64,000 nt of DNA from Candidatus Latescibacterota bacterium (GCA_965206595.1 OZ242214.1:544001-608000); one strand, 5' to 3'; counted from the stretch's first letter, positions 20,255-30,918 are shown. Made by a program: numbers and translations. The notes: generated by a model from the letters alone, not told the origin.

Positions 20255-21298
20255 ATGATCACCCGGCACCCTGACACACTTCGCGACGACATCGCCCGCG
20301 TGCTGCGCGCCGCCGCCGCCGACGGCCGCAACGTCGACATCGTCGCCGACCACCTCAAAGGGGCGGAGCTGTGCGGCGTCCAGACCCACGGGATCTTCCA
20401 GATTCCGTCGTACATCGAGCAGATCGATCAGAAGGAGCTGATCCCAGACGCCTGGCCCGAGGTGCTCAGCGACTCCGGCAACCGCGCCGCGGTCACCGGC
20501 AACGTCGGCTTCGGCCACGCCGCGGCCGACTTCTCGGTGCGGCTGGCGGTGCAGAAGGCCCGCGACCACGGCCTCGCCCTCGTCGGGCTCGTCAGGGCCA
20601 ACCACATAGGCCGCCTCGGCCATTACGCGGAGATCGCCGCCGGGCAGGGGATGATCTCGATGATCTGGGGATCGGGGTACTCGGTGACCAGCGCCCGCGC
20701 CGCGCCGTTCGGGGGCCGCGACCGCGTCCTCGACACCAACCCCTACTGCGTCGGCATCCCCGCCGGGGAGGGCAGGCCCCCGGTGATCGTCGACTTCGCC
20801 ACCACCCAGGGCTCCGCGGTGAAGGTGATGAACGCCCAGCGCCGCGGCGAAGAGCTGCCTCCCGGGATGATCGTCGACAGCGAGGGCAGGCCGAGCATCG
20901 ACCCCGGAGACTTCTACGGCGGCGGGGCGCTCGCCCCTTTCGGCGGCCACAAGGGGTACGCGATCATGACCGTCGTCGAGCTGATGGGCAGGGTGTTCGC
21001 CGGGGCCGACGGCCACGCCGTCGAAGGGGAGGGGACGCCGATGATGCGTCACCAGGGAGTGACTTTCCTCGTTATGCGGGCCGACGCCCTCGGGCCGATG
21101 GATGAGTTCCTGACCCGCGCCGGCACCACCCTCGACGGCATCAGCGGCAGCGAGCCCGCGGCCGGATTCGGCGAGGTCCTCTACCCCGGGCAGAAGGAAG
21201 AGGCAACGCGGCGCAGGTGGGCCGAAGGCATTCCGCTGGCCGAGGATGTCTGGGAGATGTTCACCCAGGCGGCGCGCAAGCTCGGGGTCGAGCTTTAG
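20255..21298 (+). CDS. Ldh_2 family oxidoreductase (malate/L-lactate/ureidoglycolate dehydrogenase-like)
   Basis: GVQTHG, NHIGRLGHY, TNPYC, DFATT, PFGGHKGY. Confidence 0.9.
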   Translation: MITRHPDTLRDDIARVLRAAAADGRNVDIVADHLKGAELCGVQTHGIFQIPSYIEQIDQKELIPDAWPEVLSDSGNRAAVTGNVGFGHAAADFSVRLAVQKARDHGLALVGLVRANHIGRLGHYAEIAAGQGMISMIWGSGYSVTSARAAPFGGRDRVLDTNPYCVGIPAGEGRPPVIVDFATTQGSAVKVMNAQRRGEELPPGMIVDSEGRPSIDPGDFYGGGALAPFGGHKGYAIMTVVELMGRVFAGADGHAVEGEGTPMMRHQGVTFLVMRADALGPMDEFLTRAGTTLDGISGSEPAAGFGEVLYPGQKEEATRRRWAEGIPLAEDVWEMFTQAARKLGVEL

Positions 21299-21492
21299 CG
21301 AAGCAGCAGCGCTAAACGCAGGACCCGGGGCCCGGGCGCGGGAGGGTGCGGCGAGCGTGGCCGCTTAGGCCGGTGGTGTCAGCGCCGGAGCGGGCGAATC
21401 TCCGGGGATCGCGGCCGGTCCGGGGGTAAGCGCCGGAAGCGCGGCGAACCTCCCCGGTTCGTCCGGCGGGGCTCACCGAAGGCGGGGAAAGC

Positions 21493-22494
21493 TCAGGCGT
21501 AGAGATCGGCCACGTACTCTTCGTAGCCGTTGTAGAGCAGGGTCGGGCGCCACTCCCAGATGCCGATCATGCGCTCCCGCGCCTGCGACCAGCGCGGGTG
21601 GGGCACGTCGGGATTGACGTTGAGCCAGAAATCGTACTCTCGGGGATTTACGATGTTCCAGAAGTTGTCCGGCTGCTCGGCGACGAACTCGATGCGGACG
21701 ATCGATTTGATGCTCTTCATCCCGTACTTCCAGGGCACGATCAGCCGTATCGGGGCGCCGTGCTGCACCGGCAGCTCGTGCCCGTAGATCCCGGTCACCA
21801 TCATGGTCAGCTCGTTGACCGCCTCGGGCATCGACAGCCCCTCGAAGTACGGCCAGGGCAGTTCCGGGGTGTTCCACTGACCGCGGGCGTTCTCGGTGTC
21901 GAAGAAGCTGGTGAAACGGACGAACTTCGCCGAGGACAGCGGCTTGACGAGGTCGATCAGGGCCCGCATCGGAAACCCCGTCCACGGCACCGCCATCGAC
22001 CAGGCCTCGACGCAGCGGAGGCGGTAGAGCCGCTCCTCCAGCGGCATGCGCCGGACCAGGTCGTCGACGTCCCAGGTCGCCGGCTTCTCGACGAGCCCTG
22101 ATACCTCCACCGTCCATGGCCGCGTCTCGAAGTCGTCGACGAACAGGTGCACCTGCTTCGACTGCGTGAACTCGTAGAAGTTGTTGTAGCGGCCCGCGAC
22201 CTCCTCCTCGGTCAGGGGGCGGTCCAGGGTGCCGAACTCGGGGTTGAGCTCCGCAGGGTAGAGGGGATTGCTCCCCTCGGGCGCGGCCGGCTCCTGCAGC
22301 GTCGGCAGCGCCGTTTCACCTTCCGGTTCCGGCTCGACGGGAGCGATGATGCGATCGCTGCCGCAGCCGGCGGCCAGCCCCAGTCCGGCGAGCCCGGCCG
22401 AACGCAGGAACCTGCGCCGGTTCAGGAAGACCTCTTCCGGGGTCGCTTCCCGTTCCGGGATTTCCCAGCCTCGCCTGCGCCTTATGCCTGTCAT
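21493..22494 (-). CDS. msrP: Protein-methionine-sulfoxide reductase catalytic subunit MsrP
   Basis: Tat motif NRRRFL, YNNFYEF, RLRCVEAWS, HGAPIRLIVPWKYGMKSIK, NVNPDVPHPRWSQA. Confidence 0.93.
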   Translation of the reverse strand: MTGIRRRRGWEIPEREATPEEVFLNRRRFLRSAGLAGLGLAAGCGSDRIIAPVEPEPEGETALPTLQEPAAPEGSNPLYPAELNPEFGTLDRPLTEEEVAGRYNNFYEFTQSKQVHLFVDDFETRPWTVEVSGLVEKPATWDVDDLVRRMPLEERLYRLRCVEAWSMAVPWTGFPMRALIDLVKPLSSAKFVRFTSFFDTENARGQWNTPELPWPYFEGLSMPEAVNELTMMVTGIYGHELPVQHGAPIRLIVPWKYGMKSIKSIVRIEFVAEQPDNFWNIVNPREYDFWLNVNPDVPHPRWSQARERMIGIWEWRPTLLYNGYEEYVADLYA

Positions 22495-22754
22495 CGTTTC
22501 CTCGCAATCCCCAAAATCAAGGTGTTGCCGCCCGTCGTGTTGCAGCCGGCGGCGGTCCGTATCAGCTCGAAGCTCAATTCCGCGTCACCCGGCAAACCGT
22601 AAATGACGCCCGGCGACAATTTAAGGATGTCCTGGTCGCCGATCATACCCCCCTGTCCGGAAGCGCCGCACTCCCCCAGGGTGCGCACCCCGTCGAGGCG
22701 GGCCTCGTTGTCGGCTCGGTTGCTTCCGCCGCGCCAAAAAAGCGATTTTTACCT

Positions 22755-22793
22755 CCGGCACCACCGGCACCGGCACCGGCACCGGCACCGGCA
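22755..22793. repeat. CCGGCA hexamer tandem repeat (5 perfect copies plus 1 offset copy)
   Basis: Directly visible in the intergenic region between msrP and the divergent sensor kinase gene. Confidence 0.9.
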
Positions 22794-22839
22794 GCGCCCA
22801 ATATAGGATTCGCAAATCTACACTTGGGACACGACACGG

Positions 22840-23951
22840 ATGAGCAAGCAGCAGCAGCAACAGCAGCCTGAGGGGGCCGCCGGCCCGGAGGGGTCGCGGC
22901 TGAACCTGGAGGAGTATCGAGAGCTGTTCGAGGAGTGCCGCGACGCCATGGCAATCATCGCCCGCGACGGGACCATCCTCGACGCCAACCGCGCGGCCAG
23001 CGCGCTGTTCGCCTGGCCCCATGCGGAGTTCCTCGGCAGGAACATCCTCGGCGTCTACGCCAATCCCGAAGACCGCGCCCGCTACCAGGAGCAGATCGAG
23101 CGCGACGGGTACGTCCGCGACTTCGAGGTCGTCTTCGTCACCCGCGACGGACGCCGGCTCGACTGCCTGCGCTGACCACGGTGGTTAGGCGCGCGCCCGA
23201 CGGCAGCGTCCGCGGGTACCAGGGCATCGTCCGCGACGTCAGCGAGCGTAAGCGCATGGAGAAGGAACTGCGCGAATACCACGAGCAGGTGCGCGCGATG
23301 GCGGCCGGGTTCGTCGCCATCGAAGACCGCGAGCGGCGGCGCATCGCCGTCGACCTGCACGACCGCGTCGGCCAGACCCTGGCCGCGTCGCAGATGAAGA
23401 TCGGAGTGCTGCGGCAGGCGGAGGAGGAGCGGCAGGCCCTGCTCGACGACCTGCACGGCCTGCTCGACCGGATGGACGGAGAACTGCGCACCCTCATCTT
23501 CGAGCTCAGTCCGCCCGTGCTCCACGACTTCGGGCTCATGGCCGGCCTGCAGTGGCTCGCCGGGAAGCTCGAACAGGAGCACGGGTTGCGGGTGCGTCTG
23601 GAAAGCGAGGGGGACTGCGAGGTCCCAGAGGAAGGTCTGCGCGCTACGTTGTTCCGCTGCCTTCGCGAGCTGTTGCTCAACGTCTCCCGCCACGCCGGCA
23701 CCGACGCGGCCGTAGTCTCCCTGCGCCGCGACGAGACGCAACTGAGCCTGGCGGTCGCCGACCGCGGCCAGGGCTTCGAGCCCTCTCCGGATGGTGCCCG
23801 GCAGCGCTTGGGTTTCGGCCTGTTCAGCATCGGCGAATGCCTGAGTCAGGCCGGCGGTTCCTTCGACATCGAATCGGCGCCGGGGCAGGGGACGCGCTGC
23901 GTGCTGGCGGTCCCTTCCTCGGCGCTGGAGCGAAAGGAGAACTCCCGATGA
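22840..23951 (+). pseudogene. PAS-domain sensor histidine kinase (NarX/UhpB-type), frameshifted near 23170
   Basis: PAS domain in 22840..23175; ERRRIAVDLHDRVGQ, ELLLNVSRHA, DRGQGF and SAPGQGT in the next frame. Confidence 0.85.
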
Positions 23952-24171
23952 CGACCCGCGTCTTGCTGGTGGACGATCACGAGCTGGTGCGCGACGGGTT
24001 GCGCACCCTGTTCGCGCAGGACGAGGAGTTCGAGGTGGTGGGCGAAGCCGGGGACGCGCGCACCGCGGTGGAGCTGGCCTCGGCCTGCCGGCCGGACATC
24101 GTGGTCATGGACGTCTCCCTTCCCGACCTGAGCGGAATCGAGGCGACGCGGCAGGTCCTCGCCCAGGCCCC
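23948..24171 (+). pseudogene. NarL-type response regulator, truncated by an IS630 remnant
   Basis: MTTRVLLVDDHELVRDGL...PDIVVMDVSLPDLSGIEATR, then an abrupt loss of similarity. Confidence 0.85.
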
Positions 24172-24585
24172 GTGGCCCCCTTCGGTGGGTGCTCGAGAGT
24201 CGTATGAATCAAAGCGGCGACCTTCTCATCGCTTATCGACCGCGGACCCCCGGGGCGCAGTTCATCGTAGAGCCCCATCAGGCCTTGCTCGCAGAAACGA
24301 CGGCGCCACTTGCCAACCGAAGCGCCCGACAGCCCAAGATGCTGTCCGATCTGTTGATTGGTGAGCCCCTCATCGCTCATCAAGACGATCTTGGCTCGCC
24401 GCACATGCGCATGAGGCAGGCTACGGGAACGGGCCATGGATTCGAGTTGGGCACGAACTTCGTCACTGAGGTCGAGCGGCTCCAACGGACGTCCCATTGC
24501 CATAGGTTCCTCCTTGCGGTATCGCTACATAGGAACCTACTGAGGAAATCATATTTATTCAATATATTCCTGGGACGGGACACTA
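24172..24585 (-). mobile_element. IS630-family remnant (left end and N-terminal HTH of transposase)
   Basis: LESMARSRSLPHAHVRRAKIVL...VGKWRRRFCEQGLMGLYDELRPGGPR; terminus TAGTGTCCCGTCCC at a TA dinucleotide. Confidence 0.8.
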
Positions 24586-25035
24586 TGTGTTCCTCAAGAA
24601 AACCAAACAGACGGCCCGTTTGTTCCCGATAAGCGCCTATGTATGGAACCGCGATGTTTCGAACGACCCAAAGGGCGGCGAGGCCAGCGGCGGAAAAAAC
24701 CAGGAATACAGCGCCAAGGCGCCAGTCGAAGTTGAAAAAGAACGCCTGAATTCCCACAAGGAGCAGGACGTTTCCCACGATCTGGACGAAGAAGAATGAA
24801 AGGAATCCGGAAAGTTCACTGCTGGACACATACGACGCCGATGAACGCGAAGGAAAGGTGGAGGAGCGTGTCCCCGTTGCCTCCCGACTTGGCCGTGTCA
24901 AGGAATGACCGAATGATCTGCGGATTGACGAGGAGCAACGCTGTGCTTCCGGAGGTCATCAGGAAAAGCAGAAGCAGACGAGACGCCTCGGGTCGCACTA
25001 ATCGACCGGCAAATCTCCAATCACTTTTCATTTTG
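24586..25035 (-). pseudogene. ABC exporter transmembrane-domain fragment
   Basis: LLLVNPQIIRSFLDTA and FFVQIVGNVLLLVG...DWRLG...LFGFLEEHI lie in two frames; cut by IS630. Confidence 0.65.
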
Positions 25036-25090
25036 GCAGCTAAGCAAGTCCTCACCAGTACTCCCTCTGCAGTACGCAGGTAAGGAAAAA

Positions 25091-25281
25091 GGCTCGTCAG
25101 TAGAATTTGTGGGTGAATGTGGCTCGGGCAAATCACCAAGCTGATGGAATGAAGCGATTTGGAGTGCCTTGAAGGTGCGGAATCCGAAGGCTTTTCTCAC
25201 CGTCAGATTCCATTTCAGGTTCAAGCCCTCGACAATGCCGTTGTTGAACTGCTTCTTGGCCCTGGACCAATTGAGGATGAG
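25091..25281 (-). mobile_element. ISL3-family 3' end remnant
   Basis: NNGIVEGLNLKWNLTVRKAFGFRT; terminal GGCTCGTCAGTAGAAT; near-identical to 29698-29890. Confidence 0.85.
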
Positions 25282-25284
25282 CGG

Positions 25285-25586
25285 TGGGCGGCCCTGCTCG
25301 CCCGGGTGTTTTCCGCCGACCTCAGCGGCTGCCCGGCCTCCCGGCAGAACGCACTGTCCTGGGTGGCGGTCGCCCTTCGGAGATCCGATGGGACCCATCC
25401 GGCGACGACGTCTGCGGCTTGCGGTAGATGGCCGTCAGTCCCATCTGTCGCATCAATCGACGCACGCGCTTCGTGGCCGCCCTGACCGATCCGGCCTCGA
25501 TCCGGACCTGTCTGGAGGGGGTAGGGCTGCCGTCGGTGCCCCCGCCGAGGGCCCCGCCTCAGCCGCAGTTCGAGTTCGCCGCCTGA
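25285..25586 (+). mobile_element. IS91-like transposase C-terminal remnant interrupted by an IS3-like fragment
   Basis: WAALLARVFSADLSGCP ... VAALTDPASIRTCLEGVGLPSVPPPRAPP; the minus strand at about 25385-25467 reads VRRLMRQMGLTAIYRKPQTS (IS3 OrfB-like). Confidence 0.6.
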
Positions 25587-25885
25587 CCTCCTCTGCCCTT
25601 CGCTCCCTGCGCTGTGAGCGGTACGGAGGAGTGCCCCTCAAGTACCAGGTTGACCCCTGAAACGCGCCGAAATTCTTACAACGGTACTCGGAGCATTCCC
25701 GAACAATTCTGTGCGACGACAAGCAATTCATCAGGGACCCTGCTGGACCCTTGCGTACGAAATGTACGCCGCCTGCAGAAGCTCGGTGAGATTGCGGCCG
25801 TCCTGGTCCGCGTATGCCTTGGCGTGCATGTGGGCGAAGCTGACCCGGTGCAAGCGGTTCGTGTTGCCAACGACGGCTGAGAGAG

Positions 25886-27532
25886 TCACCGCCATTCGTC
25901 AACGGACACGGTGGCCGCGTGGTTGGCCCCGAAGATGCGCCAGTAGCCGTTCGTTTCGCCTCCGACGACGACGACCTGGATCTGGTTCTTCGGCCACATG
26001 CGGATGAGCTCGTCCTCTTCTGCTTCCAGCATCGTGGCCCAGGGCTCCTGGCCGACGAGCGCCCTCGGCTCGACGTAGTTCTCGATCAGCTGGTAATCCC
26101 AGTAGACGCCGGCTCGCATCGTGCCGTTCTCGTGGACCCAATCGACGAGCTCGTCGACGCTGTGGAAACCGCCGCGGTCGACGAACTGACGGGCCGTGAT
26201 CGGGTCGAGGACGAAGGTGGGCGCTTCGTGCGGGTCCATGCCCCGCAGCATCTGGATGACGTGAGTCTGCCAGTGCTTTTTGCGCAGCCCGAGGGTGAAG
26301 GCGGTGGATCGACATCCCGAGAATACACTGACGGTGCTGTCGCCCTTGTCGAAGCCCTGGCGGACGTGGAAGGGATCCCACGGACTGCGCTCTTCGTTCT
26401 CGGCGTAGCAGATACTGCCGTAGGCGTAGCCGTTGCCCTGCGAGCCGAGGTAGGTGTGCAGCGGCAGCGAACCGCCCTGGCCGTTCTGTGACAGCAGGCC
26501 GTAGGCGCGCCCGATGGTGGCGTTTGCGTGGTTGTAGGGTCCCATGGCGCCGACGCCCCGGTTCATGCCGATCTCTTCGCGGAGGGGCCCGTTGACGACG
26601 GCCATGGCCGCCGCCGAGCTGGTCGTGCTCGGGCGCGCTGTGACCTGCGTCGATGCCAGCGCGAGAATGGCGGGAAAGTATTCCGGCCGTGCACCGGCCA
26701 TGACGGCGTTGACGGCGACCTTCTCTACCGTGTACTCCCAGGCCTCGCGCGGGCCCGTGGGCCGCATCTGCCCGACTACCTGATCGGGATCCCGGCTCGT
26801 GCCTCTGAGCATGGCCTCGACACGGGCCTCGGTGGGCAGCACGATCGGCAGCTTGTCGGTCCAGTTTTCGCGCAGGAAGAGCTCGTGGAGGTGGTCTTCC
26901 GAATCGGGCTCGCACAGTCGCGGCGTGGATCGATCGAAGGTGACGACCTCCGTCTCCCCGGCGCTGACCGGGCGGGTCAGCGCCTCGATCACTTCCGTCA
27001 TGAACGGACGTCCGGTGACAGGATCGTCGCCGTCGACGTACGCCCGCAGCTCCTCCGGCGACTTGCCCATCACCGGCTGAGGGACGAAGACGAACCGCTG
27101 CTTCGGCATGCCCCGCGCCAGCGCCTGCGCCCGCGCCAGGGGTTCGAAGATGTCGGTGTGGACGGAGGCAGTCGGCACTCCGTATTCGGTTTCAACAGTG
27201 ATGCACTGGTCGGCGACCGCCGGCGCACACGTGCTTCAGTGGCCGACGCCGATGACGGCGGCATCTCCCTGCTGTTTGATCTCCTCGTAGAGCGCGTCGT
27301 CGCGCTGGGTGTAGACGTTCGACTTGCGGCGCACTTCCACGTTGATCCCCGGGCAGTGCTCGGTGAACCAGTCCCCCATTTGGCGCATGAGGATATCGCC
27401 GTCGTCGAAACGGCAGTCGACGAGGTAGACGGTACCGCCTTCGAGCGAGTCGGGACGAGGGGCCATGCCCAACTGCTCCGTCTTCGGCGGGTGCCCCATC
27501 GGGTTGAGGACCGTGATCCTGTTGTCGTCCAT
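25886..27532 (-). CDS. UGSC-family selenoprotein fused to its usual partner domain (548 aa; Sec at TGA 27236-27238)
   Basis: ORF 27236..27532 ends AVIGVGH-TGA and continues in frame as STCAPAV...GVPTASVHTD into ORF 25886..27178, giving a UxxC motif. The downstream domain has WTDKLPIVLPTE, EKVAVNAVMAG and ANATIGRA. Confidence 0.8.
27202..27227 (-). promoter_or_regulatory. Candidate bacterial SECIS hairpin
   Basis: The mRNA after the UGA reads AGCACGUG-UGCGC-CGGC-[GGUC]-GCCG-ACCA-GUGCA. The apical loop starts with G, 17 nt after the UGA. Folded by eye. Confidence 0.55.
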
Positions 27533-27643
27533 CGGTCTTTCTCCTTAGTAGTACGGGTTGACCTGAGATGGAAGGAAGATCTGCAGGTACCGTGAAGCGG
27601 TGTGGTCGAGGCGCCGTGTCTCCTGTCCTGTCCCCGGCGGACG

Positions 27644-28543
27644 TCACCCCGCAGCCGCGGGCTTCTGTCCGGCGGCGTCCAGGCGGCGCTTGGCCTCGGC
27701 ATACGTCTCGGGAGAGAGAGGTCCCTTCGAGATACCTGCGATGTTCTCTTCGAGGTGATCGACGCGGGTCGTTCCCACGATGTTGGTGTTGGAGTGAGGG
27801 TGGGTGAGGGTGTAGCGCAGCATGAACGTGGTGCGGCTCTCCCCCTCGACCAGCTCGTCGAGACGGGCCGTCTCGAACACCTTCCACCTGTCCGCTCGCT
27901 TGTCTCCCGAGGCAGCATCCGGCTCACCCTGTGCCACCCCGCCGCGGATGACGATGCCGGTCCCCGCCTGCGCAGCCCTGGTGATCCACTCTTCGTGTTG
28001 CCGCTCCAGGGCCGAGTAAGGGATCTGGAACACGTCGAACACTCCCCACCCGAGGAAGGTCGGCAGGTGCGGCAGGGTCGTCGACACGCCAATCCAGCGC
28101 ACCTTGCCCTGCTCGCGCATATCCTCCAGCACTGTCACCAGATCGCCGGCCTTGCACTCCTCCACCGAGGGATTGTGGTACTGCATCAGGTCCACGTAAT
28201 CCGTCCGCAGCCGTCCCAGGCTTTCGTGCAGTCCCCGGAAAGCGTTTTCCCGTGTCCAGATGTGGTCGCCGCCGCCGGGAGGGCATCCGCACTTGGTGGC
28301 CAGGTAGAATTCCGAGCGGCGTCCCGAGAGATGCCTGCCGATCTGTTCTTCCGCCGGGCTCGCCCAGTGCAGGCCGTAGTCGTTGGCGGTATCCACGAAA
28401 TTGATCCCCGCGTCCAGTACCGAGTTCAGCAGCACCTCCCAGCGGTCGTCGTCGAGGCCGCTGCGCAGTGCGGTGCCGAACCCGAGGCGGGTGATTTCCA
28501 GGCCGGTGCGCCCCAGCTTCGCGGTTGGAATGGCTGATGTCAT
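27644..28543 (-). CDS. Aldo/keto reductase
   Basis: LGRTGLEITRLGFGT, NFVDTANDYG, LATKCG, SLGRLRTDYVDLMQYH, GKVRWIGVS. Confidence 0.93.
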   Translation of the reverse strand: MTSAIPTAKLGRTGLEITRLGFGTALRSGLDDDRWEVLLNSVLDAGINFVDTANDYGLHWASPAEEQIGRHLSGRRSEFYLATKCGCPPGGGDHIWTRENAFRGLHESLGRLRTDYVDLMQYHNPSVEECKAGDLVTVLEDMREQGKVRWIGVSTTLPHLPTFLGWGVFDVFQIPYSALERQHEEWITRAAQAGTGIVIRGGVAQGEPDAASGDKRADRWKVFETARLDELVEGESRTTFMLRYTLTHPHSNTNIVGTTRVDHLEENIAGISKGPLSPETYAEAKRRLDAAGQKPAAAG

Positions 28544-28573
28544 GTCGTCTCCTCTTTCAGCTGGCAGGTTTCA

Positions 28574-28640
28574 GTGTGTGCCTGTGGCGGTCGTCTTCGG
28601 ATCGTGGCCGCCCTGACCGATCCGGTCTCGATCCGGATTC
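28574..28640 (+). mobile_element. Second short IS91-like C-terminal remnant
   Basis: Reads CACGGRLRIVAALTDPVSIR; 36 bp (28602-28637) match 25471-25506 with one mismatch. Confidence 0.55.
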
Positions 28641-28709
28641 CAAGATCCTCAAGTTCCCCTGGTCCGTATGCTCAGAGCAGGAGCCTCTCTCGTTCTGATG
28701 ATTGCCCAT

Positions 28710-29697
28710 CTACAGCTCCTCAACTCCTACAAATCTGCCCGTGCCACGACTTCTGACGGCCGCCTCCACCAGCGCCAGAGTGTGGATCGCATCGGCATAT
28801 TCCGAGCGGACCAGCGACCGTTCGCCTGTTTCTATAGCGCGCAACCAGGCACCGGTCTTATCCATGCCCAGGCTGTTCTCTTCAGGCACCGATTTGTCCA
28901 ACTCCTGTCCATTGAGGTACCCAGTAATCCGGTTTTGGGTCACGTTTGCGCGAAGACGCAGGTGAGGGCCGATAACCTCGAGATCAAAGCTGAACCCTTC
29001 AGTGCCACAGTGATTGGTATGTGTGCCCAAGACACCGTTGTCAAGCGCGTAAGTCATCTGGATGGCATTCTCGGCGTCGAATTCGGAGCGGTCGTGTGCC
29101 ATGTTTTTGACTGCCAGCGCATGTGCCTGAACCGGTTTGGGATTGCCCAGGACGAAACGTCCACAATCGAGCAGGTGGATGGCCTGCTCGGCTATAGGCC
29201 CTCCGCTGATCTTCTGTTGCAGGAACCAAGGCGCCATCTTAAAGCTCAGATAGTAATTGACTGTACAGACGGTCTGCATCAGATGGACTGTCTCATTGGC
29301 CAGCAGATGTTTCAGCCTCTCGTAGAGCGGTGCGTAACGCAATTGAAAACCAACGGCGGCAATTACCCCGGCTTTTTCGATTTGCTCCAGACAGTCCCGT
29401 CCCTCGTCCATGTTCAGCGCAGGGGGCTTTTCGATCATCAGATGGATACCCCGTTCACAAGCCATTCGCACCGGTTGAAGGCGTACCGGAGGAGGCGCAG
29501 TGATAACTACGCCATCGATTTCGTGCTCGAAAAACGGGTCGAGTTCATCAGTGGCGATCTCTGCACCGCTTGCCGTCGCCAGCTGTTGTGCGGCATCCAG
29601 GCGAGTGCTGTGAACCGCGACGACCTGCGCTCCATAAGCAGCAACGGCTCGCCCATGCGCACGTCCCATGTTGCCGGCACCAACAATTCCGATCTTT
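28710..29697 (-). pseudogene. Gfo/Idh/MocA oxidoreductase lacking its native start (ISL3 at 5' end)
   Basis: KIGIVGAGNMGRAH, IEKPP, GGPIAEQAIHLLD; the ISL3 terminus abuts the KIG codons. Confidence 0.8.
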
Positions 29698-30918
29698 GGC
29701 TCGTCAGTAGAATTCGTGGGTGAATTGTGGCTCGGGTAAATCGCCAAGCTGATGGAATGAAGCGATTTGGAGTGCCTTGAAGGTGCGGCATCCGAATGCT
29801 TTTCTCCCTGTCAGATTCCATTTCAGGTTCAAGCCCTCGACCATGCCGTTGTTGAACTGCTTCCTGGCCCTGAACCAATTGAGGATGAGCTCTTGGTGAC
29901 GCCGCAGCATTCCGGCGATGTCTTTCATCGGTTCGATGTTGCTTCTCATCGTACGGAAACACCCGCGCTGGAGGAACTTCTCAGCCCACGCGGAGTAGGT
30001 GTAGTCCCAGAAGCGCTGGAAGTCCTCCTTGAGCAGGTAGGCTCTGACCGTCCGCAGGTTCATCTTCAATAGCTCCGACAGCTTCAAGCCTTGGGAGTCG
30101 CTTCTGGTCGAGGAAACGGGTCGGCTCCTGCTCGCCGCCGGCTTCCTGCTTGCGCCGGTGCTCCTGCTCCCGTTCGGTAAAGCCGTCGTTCAAGGCCTTC
30201 TTCGTCCGCTTCTCGCCCATCCACAACAGGCGGCGGCGGTGGGGGTCGATCTGGTACAGCAACGTCAGATAATGAGGCCCCTTACGATACTGGATTTCAT
30301 CCACGCCGAGGGCCGTGACCTGGTCGAGGCAGCGATGAGCGAGCCCATAGTCCACGACGTACTGGACGGAGTGGTAGACCTTGTCCCAACGGGTCCGGAA
30401 GGAACGCGCCACCTCGATCCACGACAGTTTTTTGGCCCCCTGGGCCAGGAAGCAGCGGTAGAGGTCGGTCAGGTGGTGCTTGCCCGTGCTCCAGGGGACC
30501 TTCTCGACGACCACCCGGCCGCAGGCTTTGCAGGCAACCCGGCGCATGCGATACACCAGAAAGACCGGAAACCCCCAGAGGGGAACAAACTCGAACAGCC
30601 GGGCCTCGGGGGCCGTGTCATAGGTGGGGGCCAAGTGACCGCAGCCGCTGCACGCGCCCCGGGAGTTTTTCCGTGGCCTTATCCTCACCATTATCCTTCC
30701 GTGCCGGTCAAAATGACTGCCCTCAAACACAAACCGCTTGAAGGTCGTGCACCGGTTTAGTACCGTGATCAGGCGCATCATTCCCTCCACAGGTAGTTGG
30801 GTTCCGTCTTGGTGGACTGTCCCAACATACCGGGGGATGATGCGCCTGGGCTACCTGGCCTCCTCTATTCCCATCGCCGCAGCCTCCCCTCCTCACCCAC
30901 AGATTCTCCAGAGGAGCC
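29698..30918 (-). mobile_element. ISL3-family IS with internally deleted/frameshifted transposase
   Basis: Termini GGCTCGTCAG... and ...CAGAGGAGCC (imperfect inverted repeats starting GGCTC); CSGC/CKAC zinc finger, LGVDE, AYLLKE, VEGLN. Confidence 0.88.

Noticed and set aside
21300-21490. GC-rich imperfect hairpins/repeats between convergent genes as a CRISPR array or ncRNA
   Set aside because: No constant repeat with regular spacers and no cas genes; probably terminator- or REP-like sequence.
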